DNA of 64,000 nucleotides, from contig OX597815.1 of the NCBI GenBank assembly GCA_951406725.2, positions 183,024,001 to 183,088,000 of the forward strand, written 5' to 3'. How positions within the stretch are numbered: position 1 is the stretch's first letter; the number at the start of each line of letters is the position of its first letter. Made by a program: the position numbers and the translations under genes. Shown piece after piece: positions 42,482 through 56,700 of this stretch. The notes beneath the pieces were generated by a model that had not been told where the DNA came from, made no database searches, and saw only the letters and a list, made by a program, of their open reading frames with translations. Source of the stretch: Octopus vulgaris. Its lineage: Eukaryota.

Positions 42482-43345
42482 AAATGTAATATTCATCGGT
42501 TTTCTATCAGTCGAGAATTTATGAAATCTCAAACGTGTTCTTTTCATTTTCTAACTGCACTACCTGACTGAAATGTCAACAACAACAAAAGAGTTGTGCA
42601 GTAATAGTTCTAAACTAGACTTTTTTTAATATTCCTTAAAAGTAAACGTTTATAGTCGTAAGAAAATTATTACACTGTAGCTAGAGTTACTTCCCTTACA
42701 AATTAAGTCCAGTAGAGTTATTTCCCTCTAACCGTTCCATTTTGTAGCAATTGTTTCTCATTTTTGATAATCCATAATTCTGGAGAGTAAAAAAAAAATG
42801 GATTAGGAGAGTGGGTAAATTTATCCATGTTGACTCGGTGAGGTTTGGACATTACTTGCAACGTTTTGGTTTGTAAGAGTGGAAGGTTAGCAGAATTGTC
42901 AGGGCAGCGAACAAAATTCCAGCCAGCCTCTCCTTGCGTCTCATTACATAAGCCAAGTCTCACCGGATTGAACTTTACTTAATCCTTCTGAGATAAATGA
43001 AATTGTCACTAGTCAAATACTGGAATCGATATAATCGATTAGCGTGCGGCCTTGTGTTAGTGTTACAGAAAAATATTAACTAGTGTGCGTACATGTATGT
43101 GTGCACGCGCATATATATACAAATAAGAAAAGAAGAAAATGGAGGAACAGATTCCTTTCAATCATCAACTTACAGATAATACCAATTCATATAATTTATT
43201 AACTAATTAAATAGGAACATCCAAATCCAACAGAATAAAACAGAGTAAAACAATATACATCAATAAGTAAGATATATATATATATATATAAATGAAAGAA
43301 AGAAAGAAAGAATGAATGGAGTTGAACGACGATTTAACAAAATTC

Positions 43346-43439
43346 CTTTATTCTCGACATATGTTTCGAAGACTGCATATTCCTAATTTCGAAGGAATAA
43401 GGGGTGCATTATGCCGCCTTCTCATCAGGATGAACAAAA
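43346..43439 (-). ncRNA. Type I hammerhead ribozyme in a fold-back element
   Basis: Minus strand TTTTGTTCATC-CTGATGA-GAAGGC.GCATA...TATGC.GTCTTC-GAAA-CATATG-TC^GAGAATAAAG. Canonical core with a palindromic helix III. Confidence 0.85.
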
Positions 43440-43725
43440 ACTTTTAGATGACTGCACACACGGAGTCCATTATCGCTATGGACTCCGTGTGGGCAGTCAT
43501 CTAAAAGTTTTTGTTCATCATGATGCTGACATAAGTTCCTTGTTAAATCGTCGTTCAACTCCATTCTTTCATTTATTTGTATTAAAAAAACACACAAATT
43601 TCCACACGAAAGCACGTGATCTCTGCCCTTGGCATGTAGCTTCAACCGTGTTTTTCTGACGTGAATTTGCTACCCGGGTATCGGTTAACTGAATTATCCA
43701 TACTAGGATAGTTCATTCAACTACT

Positions 43726-43759
<34 letters not shown>

Positions 43760-43761
<2 letters not shown>

Positions 43762-44340
43762 CGTTGAGATTCTGCAGACGCCAGCTTGGCTTTTTCTTCC
43801 GTCTTAAACCTCACTTCGTTCGTGGCATATTTGGTTCCCCTTGTAAGGTATGCCACGTCGTTCCAAACTGGTCTTAGACATAACTCTACCGCTTCTTTAC
43901 TGGCCATGTCCAATTTTTTTTTAGTTTTCATCAAAAACGATTTGTAAATAACGGTGCAACGTATTGCTTTATGCGTTGTTTCGCTGAGAGGGATAACTTT
44001 AGCTTCGTTCCCCTCCCTTGTATTTCATTAGCTCGTCATGATCACAGTTTCGGCTCTTACGAGTTACAACCAGCGGCTGCTGCAAAATTCGTCTTTTTTT
44101 CCCTTTTACAAGTTCTTCACCTGTTGGCATACTTTTTAAAACGGTACTGCTCCCACAGTTCATAAATTTGGTTGCTGTACTTCTGCTTGAAAAAGGTTCC
44201 TCGTTGGACCTGTCTTTCACTGGAGATTTATTCATTCTTGTAATAGCTAGGCGTAAATGTTCCATAAAAATTATATTTCCCCATTTCACGCAAGAGGGGG
44301 AAACGTTAACAAAATCTGCCGTAAAATAAAGTGTTTAAAA
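43760..44340 (-). mobile_element. 5' part of another degenerate ORF1 element
   Basis: KLDMASKEAVELCLRPVWNDVAYLTRGTKYATNEVRFKTEEKA matches STYVSRGKKFGTVEVRYATEEIA. Confidence 0.7.
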
Positions 44341-44479
44341 TAACACTGCAAGTTTAATTCTTTATTGGGCACGAGGCCTGAAACACAGAGAGGGCGGTAC
44401 AAGGACAGACAAGGCAGTACACGCGGGTACATAAAACGTAAAACTATGAATGAAAATAAATATATGTTCAAATGACGTC

Positions 44480-45400
44480 TGTTGAGTTAGGCGTAAACGT
44501 TTTCTATGGGGTGAAAAGAGGTTAAATTCTCGAACATCCCAGAAGCCATATAATGCCACAGCTTCACGCTAGTTGGTGATTTATAGATCAATCATGTGAA
44601 ATTGTGGTGGCTCACGCGTTAGGCCTCAACAGTTTTACTTAAGAGTAGATTAAAGGAGATGGTTAGCTTTATCATTAATAACACGAATATTGCTTTTGGG
44701 AAGGATATCTAAACAAATTAAAGCTATGTCGCCTTTTATTAGCCGATATATATTTATCATCTTGAGAACTTAATGATCTATACGAAAGGGAAAAGATAGC
44801 TTTTGTCAAACAACTTAATGGTTGCTACAGATGTGGTGGTTATATTCTTATTCCTCACTACATTTTGAATATTTGCTTGAGAAAATATTCAGATTTCAGT
44901 ATTAGTTACTCGGTAGACGAGGTTAACTTAGGTATTATGTTAGTTTGTGAGGGGTAAAAAGATTACAACTAGAATTTATGATAAAAACTGATAACTTAAA
45001 TTTTTATACTGTGTACTTCCCTAGGCACAGAACTGAATTCCGCGAAGAATTTTTTTCTATAACGTATTTTCTAATCAAGTTATTAGGTATGGCAGGTTTC
45101 CGAGTTTTGTGTATTTTGGAAAGAATTAATGATGCATTTGAAGAAAACAAGGTTGTGTTGGTTAAATGTTTTAACTGTTGCTTGAAAAGACAGTAAGAGT
45201 TTGAGAAAATTTGAATTGATTTCTAGTTACGGTTTAATGTGGGTAGGATGTGTACCATGTCACCTCTGTTTGGGTGTAATTAAGGACTTCCACTCATAAA
45301 TCACAAATAATCTTTTGATGGTGAACAGCAATTACTTAAAGAAGAAAATCAAATAATGCCCTGTCACCTTAAATAAAGGATTCATTGCACAATTTTGCAA
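44480..45400 (+). pseudogene. Possible very old alpha-tubulin relic
   Basis: Short collinear matches only (ILEH..IMP, YHLENLM, LRFNV, ENQIMPC). Confidence 0.3.
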
Positions 45401-45677
45401 TACAAAAAAGATGAGGTAGTCACACTTGAAATTCTTTTGATCAAAGGACGACTCATAAGGTTTTAAACAACATTGACAAAAGGGTTTCGAATTACAAAGG
45501 CTACAAACTATAATTACTGAAGTGATGACAAGGGCCACAAGTCAAGCAGGGGAGTCAATGAAATTGACTACGCCCCTCCCACTAAATTTCAGGCCTTGTG
45601 CCTAGAGTAGAAAGGAATATTTCTAGAACTAGAACTACAGTAGAGAATGCATCTTTTTTTCCCCTGGATGTCGGGCT

Positions 45678-46515
45678 GTGATTTTACATTTAGCAACCAA
45701 CCTTGACAAAGTGTTCTGGAAGTATGTACATTCAAAGCAGAGACCTCACTCTCCAGTTGGCCCCCATCACAATCCCCAAACAGACCAGATTACTGACAAT
45801 CCCAAAGAATGTACAGAAATCATTGCTGGATGCTATGCAGGCATCTTTACTGTCGAAGATCAAAATTTTCCATCCCCTTCACCTCTGACACCGGACTCTA
45901 TAACTACTATGAAATTTACTCCGGCAATGCTACAATGCCACCTTAAGAATAAACGTAACTATTCCTCTCCTGGTCTCGATAGTGTTACATACCTACTTCT
46001 CAAACACGGTAGGTACTTTCTTCTGAACCAACTTTCACTATTCTTTCAATTCTGTCTTGACAATGGTATTACTCCAGAGCAGTGGAAAACTGCCAGTGTT
46101 ATGCCTCTGTTCAAAAAAGGTGACCCCACATCGCCTGTCAACTATTGCCCTGTCAGTCTTACTAGCTGCATCGCCAAACTGATGGAATCCTGTGTCAGAG
46201 AAACCCTCTGGAACTTCTGGAAGTCTCATCCAGCCTTCATAATTTGGATTTATTCCTAACTCCAGCTGTTGTAATCAACTCATCGAGTTTCTTGAGGACA
46301 TTACCTGAATCACTGATGGCGGCTCCTGGGTGGATGCTGTTTACCTGGACTTTGCTAAGGCTTTTAATTCTGTGCCACACAAAAGACTTATGGTGAAACT
46401 CTCTCTGATGGGTGTAAGAGATGATCTCTATAACTGGTTGAAGTCCTTCATTATCGGCCGAAAAGAGGTTGTCACAGTTCTAGGACAGCACTCTTCGCCC
46501 TATGAGATGACATCT
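45678..46515 (+). mobile_element. CR1/L2-type LINE RT fragment, degenerate
   Basis: FWKYV, SPGLD, WKTASVMPLFKKGD, NYCPVSLTS and VYLDFAKAFNSVPH motifs, with stops and frameshifts. Confidence 0.85.
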
Positions 46516-46725
46516 GGGAAATTTTTGGGGAAAATTTTCGAAAAATTTTTTGGTGAAATTTTCGATGAAAATTTTCGAAAAATTTTTGGTGAAAATTTTC
46601 GAAAAATTTTTGGGGGAAATTTCACCAAAAAATTTTCGAAAAATTTTTGGGTTAAATTTTCGAAAAATTTTTGGAGATAATTTTCGGTGAAAATTTTCGA
46701 AAAATCTTTGGGTAAAATTTTCACT
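46516..46725. repeat. ~24-bp GGGGAAAATTTTCGAAAAATTTTT minisatellite
   Basis: Tandem units. The reverse complement occurs inside the Merlin element at 49085-49260. Confidence 0.85.
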
Positions 46726-46875
46726 GGAAAATATATACAATGGATATATACAATGTAACGGTAAATATTTTCTTTACAACTTCAATCACTGTTCTTTCAT
46801 CTTTACATAATGGAAATCAACAAGGAACCAATCATTACAAACTGGTGATGACTCTGACATTATATATATATATAT

Positions 46876-47232
46876 TGGCTGTGTGGTAAGTAGCTTGCTA
46901 ACCAAACACATGGTTCCGGGTTCAGTCCCACTGCATGGCATCTTGGGCAAGTGTCTTCTGCTATAGCCCCGGGCCAACCAATGCCTTGTGAGTGGATTTG
47001 GTAGACGGAAACTGAAAGAAGCCTGTTGTGTATGTGTTTGTCTGTGTTTGTCCCCCTAACATTGCTTGACAACCGATGCTGGTGTGTTTACGTCCCCGTC
47101 ACTTAGCGGTTCAGCAAAAGAGACCGATAAAATAAGTACTGGGCTTACAAAGAATAAGTCCCGAGGTCGATTTGCTCGACTAAAGGCGGTGCACCAGCAT
47201 GGCCACAGTCGGATGACTGAAATAAGTAAAAG
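46876..47232 (+). mobile_element. SINE family B, near full length
   Basis: TGGCTGTGTGGTAAGTAGCTTGC..GGGTTCAGTCCCACTGC..GACTGAAATAAGTAAAAG. Confidence 0.88.
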
Positions 47233-47976
47233 TGTATATATATATTGAGAATTTATGAAAAAAACTAAAGGTGAAGACAATAAACAGGTGTATTAGTTTA
47301 ACACTTGAGAAGTAAGAAAGTCTTTTATGTTTCAAGCCTATGTTTTTCAACAGAAAGGAACGCAGAAATAAGCAGTGAGACAACAGGCTTCTTTCGGTTT
47401 CTATCTAGACAACTTCACTCATGGCTTTGGTTGGCTCAAAGTAAAAGGTGTCACAGAGTGGGGACTGAGCCATGTGGCTGGGAAGCAAGCCTCTTAGCAC
47501 ACAGCCATGTCCATGTAAACTGAAAAAATATTATACTTATAATTCAATATTTTAAAGAACAAAGCACATGTAAGGTTAACAAATGGCATTGGCAATGACA
47601 AAATTAGCTAAATGTAAAAATAAGATTGTTTGCAACAAATTGCTTTGAAAGTATTTATTTCACAAATTGATTCAAAAGTATTTAATTTATTCAATCAGTT
47701 ATTTTATTACAATTGATGTCTTCTGTCTTTTAGTTCAGCTTCAGTGATATGTTTTGTTAACTGAAAAAGAAAAAAAAAATCTTAAAATATCAGATGTGAC
47801 TCTATTATAATAACAAAAACAATTTTCCTTTGTTTTCTTTCTTTCAGACCTGAACGACCGAAAAGTAGTGAAGACTACGTTGAGGTAAGACAAAGCGATG
47901 TTTCGTCTTGACTCAAAATTTGTAACCATTCAATTTGGTAGTTTCTGTGACTACACGTTGTCTTGTCAACTGTCAG

Positions 47977-49650
47977 CTGATGTACTGAAATGGGAAGAGA
48001 AAGCTTATGAGTTGTGCATGAGTGTGTGCTTGTTTTTGTTTGTGTGTGCTTGTTCCTGTGTGTGTGTGTGTGTGCATGCGCTTGTTCTTGATTGTGTGTG
48101 TGTGCATGTTCAATTGTGTGTGTGTTCCTGTGTGCATGAATGTGTGCTTGTTCCTCTGTGTATGTGTTTGTTCTTCTTTGTTTGTGTGTGTGTGTACGCC
48201 TGTTCTGTTTTTATGCATTTGTGTATTGTAGAATGTAGATATAACAAATTTATGCCAAGAAGGAAAAAAGCTTTGCATATTTGTTCTTCCCTGCTTCGTG
48301 TATGTATGTATGTAAAATCTGTAAATTTCCAAACAGAAAACGAGAACGCCATATCAGTTATAGTAGTCCATGTGAGTTTTTTTTTTTAACCGCTAAAGAG
48401 CAGAAATATTGCAACATGCATGGAGAAAAGGTAGGACTATACAACACGTTTTATGAATTTCATAAACATTTTTGACAGTATAATACTGTCTAATGCACTT
48501 TATGAAATTCACTGGATTGAAATGGATTGTAAAGTCTGTGGTTATGAAAGAAGTTGGGATCGCATCAGAAACAATTGTCAGTTGGTATAATTACTTTTAG
48601 GATATTTGTGCCATATGGTGCATAGACAATCCTGCCCAATTTAGGGGACAGGATGTTGTCGTAGAGATAGACAAATCAAAGTTTATGCATCGCAAATATC
48701 ACAGAGGTCATTATCAGCCAGGCCAGTGGGTTCTTGAAATGGTAGAGCATGGGATATTAAGATGTGTTAGTTCCTGTCCCGGATAGAAGTGCTGTCACAT
48801 TGCTGCCAGGGACTAAGATTGTAACTGGCAGACATATAATGCTTTGCCAGGTCATTCAACAGTGAACCACAGTGCTCGTTTTGTCAACCCCAATGACTCT
48901 ACGCTTCACACGAACATGGTTGAGGAACATCGTTGAGGAAACATGGTTGAGGAACCATGTAAAGACAAAATATTGCAACATGCATGGCACATCATGTGCG
49001 TTATTTTCAACATATCAGTTGGAGTCTAGTTGGCGATGATACAACAGAAATAGTTTTATGGATTTCATAAAATGCATTAGACATTTTCCCCATAATTTTT
49101 GAAAAATTTTTTGAAAATTTTCCCCAGAGACTTTTGAAAAATTTTTCGAAAATTTTCCCCATAATTTTTTGAAAAATTTTTTGAAAATTTATCCCCAAAA
49201 ATTTTTTCAAAATTTTCCCCAAAAATTTTTGAAAAATTTTTTGAAAATTTTCCTCAAAAATGCCGTTAAATTTAAACTTCAAAAATGTTTTTTATGAAAC
49301 TCATAAAATGCGTTATATAGTCCCACCTTTTCTCTATGCATGTTGCAATATTTCTGCTCTTTAGTGGTTAAAAAAAAAAAACACATGGGCTACCATAACT
49401 GATTCGGTGTTCTCATTTTCTGTTTGGAAATTTACGGATTTTACATACACACATGAAGCAAGAAAGAACAAATATGCAAGGCTTTCTTCCTTCAAGTTTA
49501 ACATACGCATCGTTGGCATAATTTCGTTTTATCTATATTCCACAACACATAAATACATAAACAAAACAGGCATGCATGCACGCACGCACGCACACACACA
49601 CACAAACACACAACTCATTAGCTTTCTCTTCCCATTTCGATACGTCACTA
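47977..49650 (+). mobile_element. Merlin (IS1016/IS1595-like) DNA transposon relic with long TIRs
   Basis: 48540-48930 encodes [54 protein letters not shown]. 47977-48470 and 49286-49650 are inverted repeats. Confidence 0.85.
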
Positions 49651-50778
49651 TTTGTCAGTATATTCCTGGGTTCTCTTAGGCACCTCCATCAAGCAGGGTC
49701 CCAGTCAGTCCCTGTCTTCACGAGATGGGGACGAACTCACCTCCTCTTCTACCTTGATGACCATGTACTATGTCAACTGACACACGCCATCAATTCATCC
49801 TCATTGAAGAGAATACTGTAAGCAGGATCTAATTCAGAAAATCAAATTTACCCATTGCTTTTTCTCATCAAATTCATTCCATGATTGTAATTGACCAAAA
49901 CAGGTCAACTGTATTCCATAGATAGTTGCTATGCACAAAAATTGATCAAAATTACTCTTGTGTGTGAAAATAAATAAATGCTCCGTAATACAACTTTTGT
50001 ATGCAGTTAATATTTCTTTGGTCAGCTATATTTCTTATACAAAGTTATTTTTTTCACAAACTTAGAGATTTTTAACAACAAAAATAATTTCAATATTACC
50101 TACTTTAAAGGAATCTTAATATGATACTAAGATACAGCAAATGGCTTTCTTATGTGTTTGAATATACCTCAAGCTTATTTGAGCTGGTTTTAAATTTGTA
50201 TGTATACTTAGTGCTGTCACCCAGTATTTTAATTATTGTGAGAAACTGAATAGCGGAACCAGTCATTGAATGATGGGAATATCATAAGAGAGACCTGTCT
50301 TTTGTGTTAGTTCGCAATGCCTGTCTTTTCAGTTTCTGTTGCTGAAGAGGAGATAACCATTCCAAAATGCATGCATCTCACAGCCTGGTTAGAGAATACT
50401 GTGAGCTGACTCAGTGTATTTATACCCATTTAACTAGAGTGAGTAATTTTCTCCATGGCAAGATACAGTGAATACCCTTCTCACAGGTTCAAATACGTCT
50501 GAAGCATTTTTGAACTGGTAACAAGCTTATATTTATCTTTTACTTGTTTCAGTCATTTGACTGTGGCCATGCTGGAGCACTGCCTTTAGTCGAGCAAATC
50601 GACCCTGGGACTTATTCTTTGTAAGCCCAGTACTTATTCTATCGGTCTCTTTTTGCCGAACCGCTAAATATTTAAATGATTTTTACAAATTGTATTCAAT
50701 AGTTATCCTAAACTAAAATAATTTTCATAGAAAACTATACTGACTACTCAATGATTAAATCTTTGAAGCAGACCTACC

Positions 50779-53700
50779 TTATTGACATCTGCTACATTCA
50801 CAACTACAAATTTGTGGATAGTACATAACTGTCTTCTCTTGATCCGGACCACATAGTACTATGACTTCCTTAATTTTAGAAGCTTTACCTTTGCAACACA
50901 AGCATTCATTCTCAAATAAAAGATTCAATTGGTCGACTGGTTTCTTTGTAAGTAATGCTGGCCTCACAGTACTCAATCCACATTTACCCGAACAGTATGG
51001 AACCTTTATTTGAGTAGTTGAGCGACATTGGCTGGTTCTATTCTCCAAATAAGTAAATTCATATTTCAATTGACACTGAGCAACTAAATGAAAAAGAAAA
51101 ACATCTTAATAATTTCCCAAATATAGAGAACTGTTTAATAATTCAAAAACAATATAGTTATATTGTCTGGAGAGAGTCATGATGCCTTATCTAACCAACA
51201 AACTCACCAACATCCATTGACAAGGTTGCAAAAGCAATGGAAATTTTGGAACAAAAATATAAAAAATGAGTGGGAATCAAATCAGTGAAGTGTGCTAGAT
51301 AATGAGGCATTAAGACAACATGGTTCTCCTCAGACACAACATCATTTACTTCAACATGAGTTCAAATAAAGAATCTTGCAAACCAGATACAAAAACGAAG
51401 TAAATATAGGTATAATTAATACTAGACTACCTGTGACCCATTGGATCACCTGGAAAGTCTGAGTTTCCAATCAACGGAGTTTTGTTTTATGGGGTTTTTT
51501 TTCTTTTCCGGGTTATTTCACATACTTTCAGCAAATGTGACATCAAAATCATGCATAAACAGCTTCTTTCCCTGGAAAAGGAAAAACTTGGCTGCTACCA
51601 CATAAGTATTTCAGGTTTTTTATCGCAAATAGCTGTTACGTGGTAGCAGGGCATGCTAGAAATAGCAGCCAAATCTTTGGAGCTGAGATACATTGAATGC
51701 ACTTGAAAAAATTTTTATAATGGTATTCCCTTGGAGTGATCTTTCACTTTGACTCTCAGAACAGTCATCCAGATCAGCTGGTTTTGTTCATTAATTTCTG
51801 TAAAAAATTATTTATCTACTTTTGTTTTAAAGTGAAAAAGAAAGTGAAAGTTGTATGAATGTGTATATGAAATGGATGTGTGTGTGCGTGTGTCTGAGAG
51901 AGAGTACCACTTATACATATATGAGAACACACATGTTTGCTCGCTCGCTCACTCACTCACGCACATACAATACAAAAAAGATATACACACATGTATTGAT
52001 GTATGTATGTATGCATACATGACAACACACACCTTCACTCTCTCTTCCTCACACACACATACATACATACATACATTCATTTCATATACACGTATATATA
52101 TCTTTCACTTTCTCCACTCTTTTACTTTAAAACAAAAGGAAAGAATTTTTTTACAGAAATTAACGACTTGAAAATAATTTTTAAAAAAACATAAAAATAT
52201 TGTCTGTTTCAAGAAAGTTAGAATATAAATACTTACTGTACAAACAACTTATATTTTTGAAATCACATTGTTAATATTTTTAAATAAAATAAAATATTGC
52301 ATACATCAAAAAGTCAACATTTTCTTTCTTAGAGAATGCAAAGACTATATGTGTGTATATGTCATAGACAGCGGACATGTATTTGTGTTGATTGATACGC
52401 TAGGACATTCATTATGTGTGTGTATTTGGTATTGACATCATGAGTAAACACAAAAATTATGTTTACTCATTTTCATTGATAAATAGAGTAGGGTGCCAAG
52501 AGCACCATCTGAGTGTGATCGTTGCCAGAGCAGCCAACTGGCTACTGTGCTGGTGGCACATAAAAGGGCACCATTTGAGCATGATCGTTACCAACATCGC
52601 CTTACTGGCACCTGTGCTGGTGGCATGTGTAAAAAGATTCGAGCGAGGTCGTTGCCAGTACTGCCTAAATGGCTCCTCGGAGTGGTTGGTGTCACTCTCA
52701 GAGTGGTTGGTGTCAGGAAGGGCATCCAGCTGTAGAAACTCTGCTAAATCAAGATTGGAGCCTGGTGCAGCCATCTGGTTCGCCAGCCCTCAGTCAAGAT
52801 TGTCCAATCCATGCTAGCATGGAAAGCGGACATTAAATGATGATAATGATGAAATAGAGATCCAAATGTCACAAAAATTTGTACTACACTACAGAAAGTA
52901 AGTATGAAAATATATGCAAAAACAATTATGATAAAATATACTATTTCTGAGATATTTCCGCTACATACAAACATTCCTAGAGTCTTAGTATTATTAAGAT
53001 TCATGTTACTAATAATTCTATCAACAACAATTTCAAGTTACATTTCTGACTAAATAATGAAAGTGGAGGAGCAATGGCCCAGTGGTTAGGGCAGTGGACT
53101 CACAGTCGAAGGATCAAAGTTTAGATTCCCAGACTGAGCATTGTGAGTGTTTGAGCACAAACACCTAAAGTTCCGGCAGGGGGTGGTGGTGAACCCTGCT
53201 CTCACCCTTTAATCCTGTTTCTGTTGTACCTGTATTTCAAAGGGCCAGCCTTGTCACACTCTGTCAGGCTGCATCTCCTCGAGAACTATATTAAAGGTAC
53301 ATGTGTCTGTGGAGTGCTCAGCCACTTGCACATTAATTTCATGAGCAGGCTTTTCTGTTGATCAGATCAACTGGAACCCTCGTCGTCGCAACCAACAGTG
53401 CCACCAATTATGAAAACAATTTTTCAGTGTTGAATAAAAACTGAATAAAATGCATTTATAATGATACATTGTGGAAAAGATTTTAAAAATGGTTCAGTAA
53501 AGCTGTCATCTTACAAAAGACACACTTGACAAGAAAATATAGATAAGATAAAAGTATATAGCTAAAGAATAATTTTGGAAGATAAAAATTTAATAAATAA
53601 ATAAATAGAATGCTCTTACAGTTTTTAGGTTTGCAAACTGGACAGCAAGTATTTGAATCTAAATATACGAGGTCTTCATTCTGTTAAAAATAAAAGTTAT

Positions 53701-56700
53701 GGAAGTAGAATGTAAAAAATATATACAGATATCTGTAAACATTAACATTTTTTAAAAATAAATTTCCAAATAAAAGAAATATTATGATATACAGATGACA
53801 ATTTCTTTGACCATTGTAATAGAACCTTGGTTCTGTGATACAGAACTGTCAGCTTTAAAGTACATTTCACTTCAACTATTTAGCATTTAATCTAGCCATA
53901 TTTAGTAAAATATTCTACTTGTTTTTATGTTCAAACCTGTCAGATCTGGCCTATTACACCTACCCAACAGTATCACTCTGAAAATTTTCATGATGTGATT
54001 GTTTAATTTTAAAGTTATGAGATAATGTATATGTGAATACATAAGCATTACTGTGTTAAAAGGTTAACCCTCCAAGTTAAGCAGGAAAAAAAAAAAACTT
54101 TTATGTTCCAAACATCAGTTTCATAATGAAAAAGTTAATTTTCTGAATCTTAACAAATTCTTGATTATATTCAAAATGAAGTGAGACAGAAAAAGTATAT
54201 TCCATTAGAAATATAGAATATGTTAGTCTTAAAATGTTCTGTTAGTGATAATACAATGCTAAATTGGTAAAGGTAGTTTCAAACACTGACAAAAAAATAC
54301 TGATATATAATAAGTTTAGCATTACAAAACTTCAAATGTAATATTTTGAAATAAATCTAATCCTGACTTCTCCATTGTTTGATGTTGTTCAACCACCATC
54401 TTTGTGGTCTTCTTACTCTTGCAGAGTTGGTCTCTGCATGACAATATTTGCAAGAGGTATGGTATTATGATGTACTACTAAATAACCAAACCCTTTCATT
54501 TTCCCAACTTTTAATGACTAACTGAAGAGCTTTGTGGTTCACTGTTTTCCCAACAGTGCTTAAGCATAAGTAAAAATGAAACTAAGCTAATACTTACTTC
54601 TTGACAGACAGGGATTTTACAAATTCTTTCACATTTTATTTTGCCTCTAATACACTGACATAATGTACAATTGTCATCACTCTTTTTCCATATGTCTTTA
54701 TTCTGAAAAAAATAACATAATTATTTTTTTATATTATTTCAGAAATGATTTTCTGAAACATAATTATAGTTTTGATCAAAGTAAACCTATGTTTAATATT
54801 GTTCATGTAATTTTTGATACTGAAAATGACAAATTTAACATCAAACTTCTCCAACTAAAATCAGATATTTCAAATTTTTAGCTTCTGCAAAAGTCCACAT
54901 ATTTGACATTTTCCCAGACTGACATTTTTACTGTTCTGTTGTGGAAACCAGCTTTTCAAGATTTTAGCACAATCATTTAATAATATTGTTAGAATTATCA
55001 AATAAGATGGCTCTAGGGAAGATTACAAAGATTAGGTGGTGTCAGTTTCTATCAAATTACCTCAACAAATTCTCATTTATGCTAATGATCATCATCATTT
55101 AATGTTCACTTTTTATGCTGGCATGGTTGGATGGTTTGACAAGAGCTGGAACGTCAAAGGGCTGCACCAGGCTCCAATTGTCTGTTTTGGCATGGTTTCT
55201 ACAGCTGGATGCCCTTCCTAATGCCAACCACTTTATAGAGGGAACTAAGTGCTTTTATGAGGCATTAGCACCAGTGCTTTACATGGCACCAACACAGGAG
55301 CTTTTTGCATAGCATGCCAATTTACTTTCATAATAATATACTTTATCACATAGTTTTGAATTTAATAAACACTTTCGAGGTTCATTACCATCATGAGTTA
55401 GATAATGCCGGGCTTTCTGCAGCTAGATGTTTGTGCTGATACCAACCCTGATCTGTTTTCAATCGAGGTAATAAACACCCCAATCTATCAAACAACAAAC
55501 AGTTCAGGCAGGTTGCACAGAGAACTGGAAGCAAACAACACTATTTGAATGAGTCTTTTGTTTACAAAGATTGTGCTACATGTCAAGAAGCTCAGACATG
55601 TTTGCATGTTGGACAGCAATCAAATGCTACCATCTGTATGTGTATTTACAATCAGTAAATACACAGAGACAGAGAGATACAAGTTCACAGAAACATACAT
55701 ATATATGATGGCCTTCTTCAGTTTTCATCCACCAGTTTCACTCAACAGATATTGGTCAAACCATGGCTATGGTACAGGTCAGGACATCTAATATCAATGT
55801 TAGATATTTTACACTGTACACCCATGTCACACATACCATTTCTCTTCTCTATGACTTACACAGATATGATTAAGAAGATATGTTTCTGACATCTGAGCAA
55901 AGCAGAATCTGTCACAACTTAACTCAGAATAGCATTTTGTTGTTTAAGCAATTAGACAGAACACTCCACATTCATTCACACTCATTTGTGCAGAGAAAGA
56001 CAAAAAATATATTTCACAAAATTATTCTCTAACAATGATTTAATGAAAAGGTTGATGTTTATTAGTTTTACAAGAATAATAATGAAGTGCTGCCATTCCA
56101 GCAGAAAATTGAAACCAATTTCTATATTATATTCTCCAAGAATTAATACCCAATCATGCACCTATCCTAGTTCACTGTTATTAAATATAACTAAAGTCTT
56201 GTCTATTTTAATGTATTATAACAGAGAAAAAAGTAAGCTTCTAGAATGTTATGGGGTGTTTTTTTTTCCTTGGGTGGGAGGAGGGCCTCCAAGACAGGTG
56301 GGATGGAATGAGGAAGGTACCCTCAAATTGAAATTCAAGCTTAAATGCTTACAACTCTGTTAAGGTCACCCAAGGTGCCATGTGATGAAATTAAACCAGG
56401 CAATGGTCCGAGTCTACCACTCCAAGTAGGCCCTGGTCAGATTTGAGCTTAGATCACAAAGAGCTGCAACAAACACCCCATGGGTATTCAGCCCAATCAT
56501 TTTCTTGCTGCTGATCCAAGTCTTGGATTGACACATTTTTATTATCGAAAGATAAAGTTGAGGTGGGTGGGATTTGAACTCAGAGCACAGAGTAGAAACA
56601 AATACTGCAAAGCATTTTGTCTAACACTCAAATCTTTCTGCCAACTCCTCACCAGACTGTCATCCAGTTTTGATTCAAACAAAAGCAATTTCATTTTCCT

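Noticed and set aside
46330-46740. KIFGENF-repeat ORFs
   Set aside because: Translation of a 24-bp minisatellite fused to a LINE fragment
52230-52300. Candidate extra exon (minus-strand GTAAGT donor with Cys codons)
   Set aside because: No acceptor found, and the flanking exons already join in phase
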